Assembly (NCBI GenBank): GCA_046713235.1
Contig: JBKKBZ010000047.1
Coordinates: 1,828 to 65,827, forward strand
Direction of reading: 5' to 3'
From: Actinomycetota bacterium
GTDB lineage: Bacteria; Actinomycetota; AC-67
Length of the DNA: 64,000 nt
Shown: positions 9,167-18,015 of the stretch, piece after piece
Layout of the letters: each line of letters begins with the position of its first letter
Numbering within the stretch: the first letter of the stretch is position 1
Notes under the pieces: model-generated
Told to the model about the DNA's origin: nothing
The model's database searches: none
Seen by the model: the letters and a program-made list of their open reading frames with translations, nothing else
Made by a program: the position numbers and the translations under genes

Positions 9167-9736
9167 GTGAGCGCGCGACGGGGAGCGATCCGCGCCGCGG
9201 TGACGCCTGCCGTGGCGATCTTGTTCTGGGCTCTGCTCCTCACGCCCGCCGCTGCGGACGACCTGATCCCCCAGTTGCCGCTGCCGACGCCGACCCTTCC
9301 GACGGCCTCCTCGACTCCCTTGCCGACGGCCACCACGCCGCCGGTCGCCACCGGCGTGCTGCCGCTGGGCTCCACTCCCTTGACTGAGCCGGCCACCGCC
9401 CCGGCCGGTCCGGGGCCGTCTCGTCCGCAAGGCGGGGCCGGCGGTGGAGCCCCCACCGGCATTTCCGGTGATCGCACGGCGGGAACGCTAACCGGCGTCG
9501 GAGTGAAACTTCGTCTGCCGCCGCGCGGCGGCGGTCGCCTGCCCGACGAGGACCCACTTTCCCTCAGGACCTTCGGGCGGAGAGCCGGACGGTTTGGGGG
9601 GCCGATGGCGGCACCGATCGGACTTGCCCTGCTCGGGATCGCCGGGCTCGCGGTGATGGCAAAGGGATCGGGGCGCTTCGAGGCAGTCGAGGACGAAAGG
9701 AAATCTCTTGACGGTCGCGCGGTCATCAGACTCTGA
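9167..9736 (+). CDS. secreted Pro/Thr-rich protein with C-terminal TM anchor
   Basis: GTG start, signal peptide AVAILFWALLLTPAAADD, low-complexity PT-rich middle, C-terminal hydrophobic segment PIGLALLGIAGLAVMA. No known domain. Confidence 0.5.
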   Translation: MSARRGAIRAAVTPAVAILFWALLLTPAAADDLIPQLPLPTPTLPTASSTPLPTATTPPVATGVLPLGSTPLTEPATAPAGPGPSRPQGGAGGGAPTGISGDRTAGTLTGVGVKLRLPPRGGGRLPDEDPLSLRTFGRRAGRFGGPMAAPIGLALLGIAGLAVMAKGSGRFEAVEDERKSLDGRAVIRL

Positions 9737-11303
9737 GCGCGCAGTGACCCTGGGGCCGTCGGCAACGCGCGGCCGCCTTGCCGTCCTCGCCGGCGCCCGG
9801 GCGCTGATTCCGGTCGCCGTCTGGGCCGCTTTGTCTGCCTCCACCGTGGACGCCGACGCCGACCGCATCGCAGGTCTGCTCGCGGCGATGATCGCCTTCG
9901 GGTTCGTCGCCCTTGCCGTCGCCTCCCGCCGCCGGATGGCCGTCGTGACCACCGCGACGTGGGCGTCCATCGCGGTGGATCTGCTTGTGTTTGCCGCTCT
10001 CGTCGAGGCTTCCGGGGGGGCTCGCGGGCCGTTGACGTTCCTGTTCGCCATCGAAGTCCTGGTGGTGGGCATCGTCATGTCGGCCGGAGCGGGGGTTCGT
10101 GTGCTCGGTGCGTCGATCGCGATCCTCGCGACGCTGGGCGTGGCACGGCCGTCTGGGCCGACGGCGCTTGCCAACATCATCTCGACCGCCTGCGTCGCCG
10201 GGGCCGGTGTCGCCCTGGCCGGGTTCGCTCAGCGGGAGGCACGGCGGCGCGAGGTCGAGCTTGCGGAGATCCGCCGGATCGCGCTGGACATTCAAGACAG
10301 CCTCGCCCTCGAAGAGATTCTGGACGACCTCTGTCGCGGAGTCGTGAACGGTTTGCGGTTCACGTCGGCCGCAGTCCTTTTGAAGGAGGCCGACGGAGGG
10401 CTCCGATGCAGAGGATCGTGCGCGCTCCCCGGGAGCACCCGCGCCGAGGTGCCGATGCGCGGGCCCATAGCCTCCGCGCTTGCGTCCGGGGGCCCCGTCA
10501 TCGTGCCCGGCCCCGAGGCCAAGGCATCGGGCGAGCTCATCGGCTTGCTCGGGCCGCTCGGCTACATCGCCGTGCCGATGGGTGGCGAGGGCCTGCTCAT
10601 CGTGACCCGCGCCCCGCGCCGCCGCGCGATCGGCAGGCGAAGAGGCCGCGTTCGCGCACACGAACTGCAGCCCCTCATGTCCCTCGCCCACCAAGCGACT
10701 CTCACCGTCGCCAACGCCCGCCTCCACGAGCACGTCGCGTCGATGGCCGTCACCGACCCTCTGACGGAGCTGGCCAACCACCGGGAATTCCAGCGCGTGC
10801 TTGCGTCGGAGTGCGAACGGCTCGAGCGATTCTCTGCGCTTCGCACCCCGGCCCACAGCGTGTCGGTCCTCCTGGCCGACATCGACTACTTCAAGTCCGT
10901 GAACGACCGGTTTGGTCATCCAGCCGGTGACGAGGTGCTCCGGGCCATCGCTGGGGCAATCGCAGGCGGCGTCCGGTCCTTCGACCTCGTCGCCCGCTAC
11001 GGGGGCGAGGAGTTCGGCATCGTGCTCCCGGAGACCGCCGAGGAGGGCGCTCGGGAAGTGGCCGAGCGCGTACGCAAGGCCGTTGCCGAGCTACGCGTCG
11101 AGATGGCCGGGAAGATCTATCCCGTCAAGGTCAGCATCGGCGCGGCCACCGCCCCCGAGTTCGGGACGACTCCGCCGCAACTGGTGGCCGCGGCGGATGC
11201 GGCTCTGTACCGCTCGAAGGCCCGGGGCCGCAATCGCGTGACGCACGCCGCCGATCTGGACCGGCGAGTCACCCCTATGCGACGGAGGCGTTCAGCGTCT
11301 TGA
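9708..11303 (+). CDS. membrane-bound GAF-GGDEF diguanylate cyclase
   Basis: N-terminal TM helices, a GAF-like middle, then DPLTELANHREF...LLADIDYFKSVNDRFGHPAGD...RYGGEEFGIVLP...ALYRSKARGRNRV (intact GGEEF active site). Confidence 0.9.
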   Translation: MTVARSSDSERAVTLGPSATRGRLAVLAGARALIPVAVWAALSASTVDADADRIAGLLAAMIAFGFVALAVASRRRMAVVTTATWASIAVDLLVFAALVEASGGARGPLTFLFAIEVLVVGIVMSAGAGVRVLGASIAILATLGVARPSGPTALANIISTACVAGAGVALAGFAQREARRREVELAEIRRIALDIQDSLALEEILDDLCRGVVNGLRFTSAAVLLKEADGGLRCRGSCALPGSTRAEVPMRGPIASALASGGPVIVPGPEAKASGELIGLLGPLGYIAVPMGGEGLLIVTRAPRRRAIGRRRGRVRAHELQPLMSLAHQATLTVANARLHEHVASMAVTDPLTELANHREFQRVLASECERLERFSALRTPAHSVSVLLADIDYFKSVNDRFGHPAGDEVLRAIAGAIAGGVRSFDLVARYGGEEFGIVLPETAEEGAREVAERVRKAVAELRVEMAGKIYPVKVSIGAATAPEFGTTPPQLVAAADAALYRSKARGRNRVTHAADLDRRVTPMRRRRSAS

Positions 11304-11395
11304 CCACCCGGCGGCGTTCAGCGTGACCGCCGGCGCCGTGAGCGGCCTCACCCAGCCCGCTGAGTGGCTGTTCGGCTGCCCGGCGTGACACCCGT

Positions 11396-11656
11396 TTAGG
11401 CGACGCCGTTCGAAACGAGTCGCAGCCCGCGCTCGCGACGAATCGCAGCCCGCTCTCTCGCAGTCGTTCCTCCCCAGATTCCGAACTCCTCGCGGAGCAC
11501 GGCCCAGTCCAGGCAGCGTGGCTGCACCGGGCAGACGGCGCATCGAGCCTTCGCGTCGGCGACGGCCACAACGCCCTCCGCATAGAAAAGTTCTGGATCC
11601 AGCCCACGACATTCTGCTTCATCCAGGTACGGGAACATGCGATCCCGTCTCGTCAT
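11396..11656 (-). CDS. WhiB-family transcriptional regulator (Fe-S)
   Basis: 86 aa with four Cys (C-x22-C-x2-C-x5-C) and the GIWGG turn: ECRGLDPELF...CAVCPVQPRCLDWAV..FGIWGGTTARER. Only the last 86 codons of track ORF 11396..12469 are used (ATG 11656). Confidence 0.9.
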   Translation of the reverse strand: MTRRDRMFPYLDEAECRGLDPELFYAEGVVAVADAKARCAVCPVQPRCLDWAVLREEFGIWGGTTARERAAIRRERGLRLVSNGVA

Positions 11657-11707
11657 CGTTTCGTTCACGGCGTCGGCCCCCTGTCGAACAACTCGAAAGA
11701 CGAAGGC

Positions 11708-11826
11708 GGGAAGAGACAAATCCGGGGAAGAATCTGTCCTGCGGGGAAGGAAACGCGGGGAAGAGCAGCCGCCATATTGAGAACCGAAACCCTCCGATGT
11801 CAAGACCGGGAAACCTCGGTGGGAAG
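11708..11826. repeat. array of six GGGAA(G/A) purine boxes in the whiB / ABC-transporter divergent intergenic region
   Basis: GGGAAG at 11708, 11725, 11744, 11758 and 11821; GGGAAA at 11808. Four are in the extended form CGGGGAAG(A/G), with irregular 14-19 nt spacing. Confidence 0.4.
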
Positions 11827-11845
11827 TCGCTAGCATGACCGCCTC

Positions 11846-12574
11846 ATGAGCGCGGTGGTTCTTGACGTTCGCAACCTCACCAAACGATTCGGCGCAGTCC
11901 TCGCCGTCGATGACGTGTCCTTCACCGTCGACGCCGGCGAGACGCTTGGGCTGGTCGGCCAAAACGGTGCCGGCAAGTCGACGACGATTCACATGATCCT
12001 CGCGCTCACCACGCCGACATCGGGAACGGTGTCGATTCTCGGACGCGATCCGCATCGCGATCGCGGCGCGCTGCAGAATGTGAACTTCTCGGCTGCCTAC
12101 ACGTCCTTGCCGCAAACGCTGACCGTGTCTGAGAACCTCAGGGTTTTCGCACGTCTCTATTCCGTGCCCGACCCGCGGCGTCGCGTGAGCGAGATCCTCG
12201 AGCTGCTCGAGATCCCGCACTTCGCCGGACGTTTGGGCCGTTCGTTGTCGAGCGGCCAGGCGACGCTGGTGCACATGGCGAAGTCCTTGCTCAACCGGCC
12301 GCGTTTGCTCTTGCTCGACGAGCCGACAGCATCGCTTGACCCCGACGCCGCCGACCGCACGCGGGGAGTGCTGAAGCGCATCGCCCGAGAGCAGGGGTTC
12401 ACCACCGTGATCACGTCGCACAACATGCGTGAGGTCGAGGAGATGTGCAACCGGATCGTGTTCATCCATCGCGGAGGCATCGTCGCGTCGGGACCACCCG
12501 ACGACCTAGTGGCTCGCTTGGGGGCAAAGGATCTGGAAGAGGCGTTCATCCGCGTCACCCGTGGAGGCCTGTGA
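11846..12574 (+). CDS. ABC transporter ATP-binding protein
   Basis: Walker A GQNGAGKST, signature LSSGQ, Walker B LLLLDEP, H-loop SH. Confidence 0.9.
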   Translation: MSAVVLDVRNLTKRFGAVLAVDDVSFTVDAGETLGLVGQNGAGKSTTIHMILALTTPTSGTVSILGRDPHRDRGALQNVNFSAAYTSLPQTLTVSENLRVFARLYSVPDPRRRVSEILELLEIPHFAGRLGRSLSSGQATLVHMAKSLLNRPRLLLLDEPTASLDPDAADRTRGVLKRIAREQGFTTVITSHNMREVEEMCNRIVFIHRGGIVASGPPDDLVARLGAKDLEEAFIRVTRGGL

Positions 12575-13383
12575 GCCCCACCGCGCTGCGCGAGAGCGCC
12601 GGCCGGGTACGCGCGATCGTGTTTCGTCAAGTCATCCTGTACAAGCGCACGCCGCACCGATGGGCCGATCTCTTCTTCTGGCCGATCATCGATCTCGTCG
12701 TATTCGGCTTCATCCAGTTGTACCTGCAGCGACAGCCGGGGGCGCTGCCCAGTGCGGCGGCGTTCTTTCTCGGCGCCGTCATCCTGTGGGATCTGCTGTT
12801 CCGGTCGCAGCAGGCGGTGTCGCAAGGTTTTCTCGAGGACGTGTGGAGCCGCAACGTGTTGAACATCTGGTCGACCCCCATCCGGCCGGCCGAGTACGTC
12901 CTGGGATCCATCGTCACGGGGATACTCCGAGTCACCGTCGGCGGGCTCGTCGCCGTCGGCATCGCAAGGATCTTCTACGACTTCAATCTCTTCTCGATCG
13001 GCGTCGCGCTCGTCCCGCTGCTGCTCGGGCTCACCGCGATGGGCTGGGCAATCGGGATCGTCGCGATGGCAATCATCCTGCGACTCGGCGAGGGAGCCGA
13101 GACGGTCGCGTGGGCGCTGGGGTTCGTCTTCCAGCCGATAAGCGCCGTGTTCTATCCCGTGGATGTTCTCCCCTCGGTGCTTCGGCCCGTGGCTCGCGCT
13201 GTTCCCGCAACTCATGCATTCAACGGGTTGCGCGCCGTGCTGGCCGGCGAGGGGTTCCCCGCTCGTGACATCGCGATGACGCTGTTGCTCGACGCGCTGT
13301 ACCTGGCCGGCGCGGCGCTGTTCTTCTCCTGGATGCTTCGCCAGGTGCGCGCACGCGGCCTGCTGGCGCGGTTCGGGGAGTAG
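12571..13383 (+). CDS. ABC-2 type transporter permease
   Basis: Six-TM ABC-2-like membrane protein. GTG at 12571 overlaps the ATPase stop (GTGA), implying coupling. The track ORF start at 12445 lies inside the ATPase gene. Confidence 0.85.
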   Translation: MSPTALRESAGRVRAIVFRQVILYKRTPHRWADLFFWPIIDLVVFGFIQLYLQRQPGALPSAAAFFLGAVILWDLLFRSQQAVSQGFLEDVWSRNVLNIWSTPIRPAEYVLGSIVTGILRVTVGGLVAVGIARIFYDFNLFSIGVALVPLLLGLTAMGWAIGIVAMAIILRLGEGAETVAWALGFVFQPISAVFYPVDVLPSVLRPVARAVPATHAFNGLRAVLAGEGFPARDIAMTLLLDALYLAGAALFFSWMLRQVRARGLLARFGE

Positions 13384-13392
13384 CTGTTGCGG

Positions 13393-14331
13393 CTAGGCGC
13401 CGGCGATCGCCTGGAGGCGGAACAGCTCCTCCGGGCCCGGCCCGCCGAGCGCGAGCGACCGGCGGATCTGGCCACCCTCCGCAGACGGCGCCGTGGCAAG
13501 GTCGAGGAGCGCACGCAGGTCGGCCGCCCGCTCGGACCATTCCCGGACTTCCCACAATGCGTCTATGAGCCCGGCGCGGATCCGGTATGGATCGATTATC
13601 TCCCCCGATAGATACCTGGGACGCTCGAAGGGCCGAAGCTCTTGCAGCAGCGTCGCCACGCCCGGGGTGACGAGTCCGGCGACCTCCGCTCCGGCTTCGA
13701 GGAGTCCGCGAACTCGCGTGGACGAAAGGTCCGCCACGCTGGGGTGCAGGGGCACGAGGCTTACCGCGTGAGCAAATCGGCGGTTTTCCGGGGCTGACAG
13801 CAGCGCCCGGAGACGCGGGGCGTCGCTCGTCCGCGGGAATACGAGGAAATGCGCCAGGGAGAACAACCGCTCGAGCGCCTCGTCGCGGTCGGCGTACCAG
13901 CCCGGGTCGAAAAGCTGCAGAACCTTGTCGCTTCCCGCAAGGAAGAGCAGCTCGGCGTCGGGAAAAGCTCGGGCGGCCGCCTCGGCCTGGTCCACGTACA
14001 GCCCGTGGGAAGCGACGGCAACGGCCGACCGGCTCCGCTGAGCCGTGAGGCGAAGAGCCAGAAGCCGATCCTCCGGGATCAATCCCGACGGCTCCTTGCC
14101 GGCGACGGCACGCGGAAGCACCAGGACGGCCAGCTCGCAGCCGGATGCTCTTGCCCGCTCGGCAATGAGCTGGTGGGCCGTGGTCGGAGGGTTGAAGGAT
14201 CCCGACAGGATCGCCACCCGGCCCGGGGTCGTTTGCGGAGCCTGAACGAACCGCAGCTCCGGACTCTCAGTCCCGGCCGGAGTCAGATGGTCCCGGTGCG
14301 CGAACATCAGGGAAAGATCGAACGGGTCCAT
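13393..14331 (-). CDS. nicotinamide/nicotinate mononucleotide adenylyltransferase-like protein (eukaryote-type NMNAT motifs) with C-terminal extension
   Basis: GSFNPPTTAH (compare human NMNAT GSFNPITNMH), LFLAGSDKVLQLFDPGWY, and DLSSTRVRGLLEAGAEVAGLVTPGV (compare DISSTKIRRAL..LVPDLV). About 80 extra C-terminal residues are of unknown function. Confidence 0.75.
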   Translation of the reverse strand: MDPFDLSLMFAHRDHLTPAGTESPELRFVQAPQTTPGRVAILSGSFNPPTTAHQLIAERARASGCELAVLVLPRAVAGKEPSGLIPEDRLLALRLTAQRSRSAVAVASHGLYVDQAEAAARAFPDAELLFLAGSDKVLQLFDPGWYADRDEALERLFSLAHFLVFPRTSDAPRLRALLSAPENRRFAHAVSLVPLHPSVADLSSTRVRGLLEAGAEVAGLVTPGVATLLQELRPFERPRYLSGEIIDPYRIRAGLIDALWEVREWSERAADLRALLDLATAPSAEGGQIRRSLALGGPGPEELFRLQAIAGA

Positions 14332-14382
14332 GTCCGCCCATGGTAACGCGGGGTCCGCGCCCGCGCGCGGGGCCCCGGTGGA

Positions 14383-15156
14383 TCAGCGGGTCGAGACGCC
14401 CCCATCGACCGGGATAACGGCCCCCGTCAGGTACGCGCCGGCGCGGGAGGCCAGGAAGATCGTGGCACCGACGATGTCCTCAGGCCGCCCCTCCCGGCGC
14501 ATCGGGATGTTCTCGATCGCCTCGTCGCGGGCCGTTTCGAAGACGAACTTGGTCATCTTGCTCGGGAAGAGCCCGGGTGCAATCGCGTTCACATTGATCG
14601 CTTCCCCGACCAGCGCGTGAGCGAGGTGGCGGGTGAGCATGTGGACGCCGGCCTTGCTGGCGGAGTAGGAGTAGTTCTCGAACCAGGGGACCCGAATACC
14701 GTCGATGGAACCCACGTTGATCACCCGCGCGGGATCCTCCGGAGACGCCGCGGTACGCAGGAGCGGCAGCAGGCTCTGGGTGAGATGGAAGATGGCCCGG
14801 ACGTTCAGAGCCCAGACCTTGTCGAACGCCTCGGCGGGGAATTCCTCCAGCGGCGCGCCCCAAGCCGTGCCGGCGTTGTTCACCAGGATGTCGAGGCGCT
14901 CTTCGCGCTCGGTGAAGGCGGAGGCGAGCGCCTCCACTCCCCCCGTCGTGGCGAGGTCCGCCGGCAGTGCCCGGCAGTCGCCGGCGGCTCCCAGCTCGGC
15001 GGCGACCTCCTTGCACACGCCGGCGTTCCGGCTCGAGATCGTGACGCTGGCGCCCGCCTCGACCAGCCCCCGGGCGATCATCAGCCCGATCCCCCGCGAC
15101 CCGCCGGTGACCAGGGCCGTCTTCCCGTCGACGGAGAAGAGATCCTTCAGGCTCAT
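14383..15156 (-). CDS. SDR family oxidoreductase (3-oxoacyl-ACP reductase-like)
   Basis: TGGSRGIG cofactor motif, NNAG, catalytic YSASKAGVHMLTR. Start at ATG 15156. Confidence 0.9.
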   Translation of the reverse strand: MSLKDLFSVDGKTALVTGGSRGIGLMIARGLVEAGASVTISSRNAGVCKEVAAELGAAGDCRALPADLATTGGVEALASAFTEREERLDILVNNAGTAWGAPLEEFPAEAFDKVWALNVRAIFHLTQSLLPLLRTAASPEDPARVINVGSIDGIRVPWFENYSYSASKAGVHMLTRHLAHALVGEAINVNAIAPGLFPSKMTKFVFETARDEAIENIPMRREGRPEDIVGATIFLASRAGAYLTGAVIPVDGGVSTR

Positions 15157-15254
15157 GTGTTCCAACTGTAGCGGCTCTGCCGGTGCGACAAAGATCGCCA
15201 TTCCGCGCGAGCTGCTGCGTATGCTCCCCGGGTGAGCACGAGCCCGGCCGCGCT

Positions 15255-16067
15255 GTGAAGGACGTGGAGATCGTTTCCATCGGAGACGAGCTGCTGCGCG
15301 GCATCGTGCGGGACACCAACCTCAACTGGCTGGCCGTGCGCCTCACCGCCCGCGGTGCTCGCGTCACCCGCGGGGCGCTTCTTCCCGACCGGCCGGAGAT
15401 CGTGGCCGAGGAGCTGAAACGGGCGCTGGAGCGCGCGCCGGCGCTGATCGTCACCCAGGGCGGCCTCGGACCGACCGACGACGACCGCACGCGTGAGGCG
15501 GTCGCGCTGGCAACCGGCCGGCCCCTCGACCCACATGCCGACGCGGAGAAGATCGTGCGCCGTCGCTACCGGGAGCTTCACGAGGCCGGAGCCGTCGCCG
15601 CGCCCGGCCTCACGCCGGCGCGCCTGCGGATGACCCTGCTGCCGCGAGGCGCAACCGCGCTCGACAATCAGATCGGCGGGGCTCCGGGGGTCCTGCTTCC
15701 GCTGGGCGCCACGACGATCGCGTGCCTGCCGGGCGTCCCACCGGAGCTAGAGTGGATTTACGAGAACTCACTGGCGCCGTTCCTCGACGAGCTTCTTGGA
15801 CCCGGTGGGCTTCACGAGTGGACGGCCGTAGTCACGACGCACGACGAGTCATCCATCGCCGAAGCCCTGGCCGGCGTGCAGGCGCGTCATCCCCTGGTCT
15901 ACGTGAAGAGCCGCGCGAAGGCCTTCGACTCCGACGAGGCCGTTCGATTGACCCTGACCGCAAGCGCCGGCTCGGACCTCGAGGCCCGCGCGCTGGTCGA
16001 TGCCGCGCGAAGCGACGCCCGGCGGGCCCTGGGCGAGGCCGGGGTGGGGTTCGAGTCCGATGACTGA
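15255..16067 (+). CDS. CinA-like / COG1058 molybdopterin-binding (MoCF) domain protein
   Basis: VEIVSIGDELLRGIVRDTNLNWLA...LIVTQGGLGPTDDDRTREAVA is the CinA N-terminal domain signature. GTG start at 15255 (or 15264). Confidence 0.8.
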   Translation: MKDVEIVSIGDELLRGIVRDTNLNWLAVRLTARGARVTRGALLPDRPEIVAEELKRALERAPALIVTQGGLGPTDDDRTREAVALATGRPLDPHADAEKIVRRRYRELHEAGAVAAPGLTPARLRMTLLPRGATALDNQIGGAPGVLLPLGATTIACLPGVPPELEWIYENSLAPFLDELLGPGGLHEWTAVVTTHDESSIAEALAGVQARHPLVYVKSRAKAFDSDEAVRLTLTASAGSDLEARALVDAARSDARRALGEAGVGFESDD

Positions 16068-16083
16068 CCGCCCCCCGCCGGGG

Positions 16084-16281
16084 TTAGACCCGCTCGTACC
16101 AAGCCGACCAGGCGTCGGCCGGCAGACCGGTCCGCCGTGAGCCGCGGGCCCGGGGCGAGATCGCCCTGCTCCGCACCGCCTTGGACGTACCGACCTTCAC
16201 CACCGCGCGCCGCGCTGTGTTCCGCAGTCCTCCTAAGACCGCGGTTCCGTTTACTACTCGCATCATCGTCATGTCCGGCAC
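16084..16281 (-). CDS. possible small basic protein (65 aa), divergent from padR
   Basis: G/C is strongly preferred at the third codon position. A copy of the 17-bp operator-like site sits 5 nt upstream of its start. No homology recognised and no clear RBS. Confidence 0.25.
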   Translation of the reverse strand: MPDMTMMRVVNGTAVLGGLRNTARRAVVKVGTSKAVRSRAISPRARGSRRTGLPADAWSAWYERV

Positions 16282-16285
16282 CTTA

Positions 16286-16302
16286 TAGTCCGAGCCGGGC
16301 TA
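16286..16302. promoter_or_regulatory. quasi-palindromic operator-like site 1 (TAGTCCGAGCCGGGCTA)
   Basis: Its reverse complement matches site 2 at 15 of 17 positions. Half-sites are TAGTCCG / CGGRCTA around a 3-nt centre. Confidence 0.35.
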
Positions 16303-16384
16303 TGTCAAGTCAGACTAGTGTGGTTCGGCTTATTCCATCGTGAAACGGCTCTGACCTGGGAATTCGTTGCCCTCCTTCCTTGAT

Positions 16385-16401
16385 TAGTCCGGCTCGGACC
16401 A
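16385..16401. promoter_or_regulatory. quasi-palindromic operator-like site 2 (TAGTCCGGCTCGGACCA)
   Basis: Contains the inverted repeat GTCCG-GCT-CGGAC, 14 nt upstream of the padR ATG. It pairs with site 1, whose start lies 99 nt upstream. Confidence 0.35.
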
Positions 16402-16415
16402 CGTAAAGTCGGCCC

Positions 16416-17060
16416 ATGCCCGACACCCGGCGCCTCCCGACCACCTCATACGCCGTGCTCGGCCTGCTCTCGATCTCATCGCCGATGTCGGGCTACGACC
16501 TCGCCCAAGCCGTCGATCGGTCGGTGGTGAACTTCTGGCCGATCTCGCGGTCGCAGGTGTACGGCGAGGTGACGCGGCTGGAATCTCTCGGCCTCATTGG
16601 CGGGACCGATGTCGCCCAGGTCCGGGTGCCCGACAAGCGCGTCTACGAGCTGACGCCGGACGGGGAAGCCGCCCTCGACGCCTGGGCGTCCGACGCGCGA
16701 TACGAGCCCGACCGGATGCGCCTGGGGTTCTGCATCAAGATGTTCTTTGCCCACCGCATACCGCCGGAGATCCTCCAAGCCAACCTCAAGAAGTACCGGG
16801 ATGAGAACGTCGAGCACGGCGAGTACCTCCGGTCGATCGTAGACATGCTCGCCGACATGCCCGAGTCCCAATACGTGCGCGCGACCGCGCAGCTCGGCCT
16901 GCGCGTGGCGGACTCCGTCGTCGCCTGGGCCGACGAGCTGCTTGCCTCTTTCCCCGGTCACGGAGTCTTCGAGAAGGCCGACCACGAGAAGGTGCATGCG
17001 CGAGCACGCGAGCTGTTGCAGAAGGCGCCGCCGGCCCCCCGAGTAAACCCCCGCGGCTAG
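16416..17060 (+). CDS. PadR family transcriptional regulator
   Basis: YAVLGLLSISSPMSGYDLAQAV...FWPISRSQVYGEVTRLESLGLI...RVYELTPDGEAAL is the winged-helix PadR signature, with a C-terminal dimerisation extension. Confidence 0.9.
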   Translation: MPDTRRLPTTSYAVLGLLSISSPMSGYDLAQAVDRSVVNFWPISRSQVYGEVTRLESLGLIGGTDVAQVRVPDKRVYELTPDGEAALDAWASDARYEPDRMRLGFCIKMFFAHRIPPEILQANLKKYRDENVEHGEYLRSIVDMLADMPESQYVRATAQLGLRVADSVVAWADELLASFPGHGVFEKADHEKVHARARELLQKAPPAPRVNPRG

Positions 17061-17560
17061 CTTCCTTCGCGCGCCGCGGCTTGCGCCGGCCGACCTTCTG
17101 AGAGTGCGACGATCGCCTGGGTCACCGACATCGCCGCAACCAGCTTGCCATCGCCGTCGGTGATCCTCACGTCGAGCACCATCGTGCGACGCCCGGCGTG
17201 CAACGCGTTCGCCTCGGCGCGCAGACGCATCCCGGGGACGACCGCTCGAAGGAAGTTGCACTTGAACTCGATCGTGGTGTGCGTGTGATCGTCGTCCAGA
17301 GCCGGGAACGTTGCCCATGCCGCCGCGGTGTCACCGAGACCTGCGATTGCGCCGCCGTGACCGTAATCACCGGGATGGAGGAACTTCGGCCCGGCGACGG
17401 CGGTTGCCACGGCGAAGCCGGGACGCGCCTCTTCGATGCGCACACCGAGCGACTCGACGAAGGTGTTGCGAAAGATCGCCTCTTGCCGGGCGATTGCTTC
17501 TTGTGCCCTCCCCGCTATCGGGCCTTCGATCTCCGCGTCGCGCCAGGTCATCCGTGGCAC
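17057..17560 (-). CDS. PaaI-family hotdog-fold thioesterase
   Basis: LHPGDYGHGGAIAGLGDTAAAWA and the overall ~165 aa hotdog layout. Its stop overlaps the padR stop region. Confidence 0.85.
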   Translation of the reverse strand: MPRMTWRDAEIEGPIAGRAQEAIARQEAIFRNTFVESLGVRIEEARPGFAVATAVAGPKFLHPGDYGHGGAIAGLGDTAAAWATFPALDDDHTHTTIEFKCNFLRAVVPGMRLRAEANALHAGRRTMVLDVRITDGDGKLVAAMSVTQAIVALSEGRPAQAAAREGS

Positions 17561-18015
17561 AGGCCGCCGGCGAGGCAGGGCAGGATGTGAAGATTCACTA
17601 ACGTCGGGCTATTCGTGGCTTGTGCATACCCATTGGCCTCGGTCAAGCACAAAAACAACTCAAGCCCGGCCGCGCGGTCGGCGAATTCATCGAAGATCGG
17701 AGGTTCGGTGGTGCCGGGATTGGTAAAGGTGAATCCTGCGCCTGCCGTGCGCGCCACCTCGAAGAACGCCCCACGAGCGCTTGATACGGTCACGCTGCGC
17801 AGCGTAGGCGCTGATCATCAAGGCCGCAAAACCACCCGAACACGGCGCACATGCGAGGGTAAAGCGGAACGAGCGGTAATTCGGCCGATCCTTCCGGCAG
17901 GAACCCCGCTACCGAACGCGAACCTCTGTCGTTGATACCGTCGTATAGGCGGTGCAGGCACGGTGCGCCGGCGTATGCCGCTCTTGGCGAGAGTAGCGCA
18001 AGGATCGGTAGACGC

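Noticed and set aside
11657-12469. Upstream 271 codons of track ORF 11396..12469
   Set aside because: This part is antisense to the ABC ATPase gene. Only the last 86 codons form the WhiB protein.
16040-16062. GGTTCGAGTCC, a tRNA T-loop-like string
   Set aside because: It lies inside the CinA-like coding sequence (GVGFESDD). No complementary T-stem, acceptor stem or anticodon arm can be drawn.
17548-17793. 81-aa minus-strand ORF upstream of the thioesterase gene
   Set aside because: It overlaps the thioesterase start by 13 nt, has no RBS and no motif, and its codon bias collapses in the second half. It may be a gene fragment but is not supportable.
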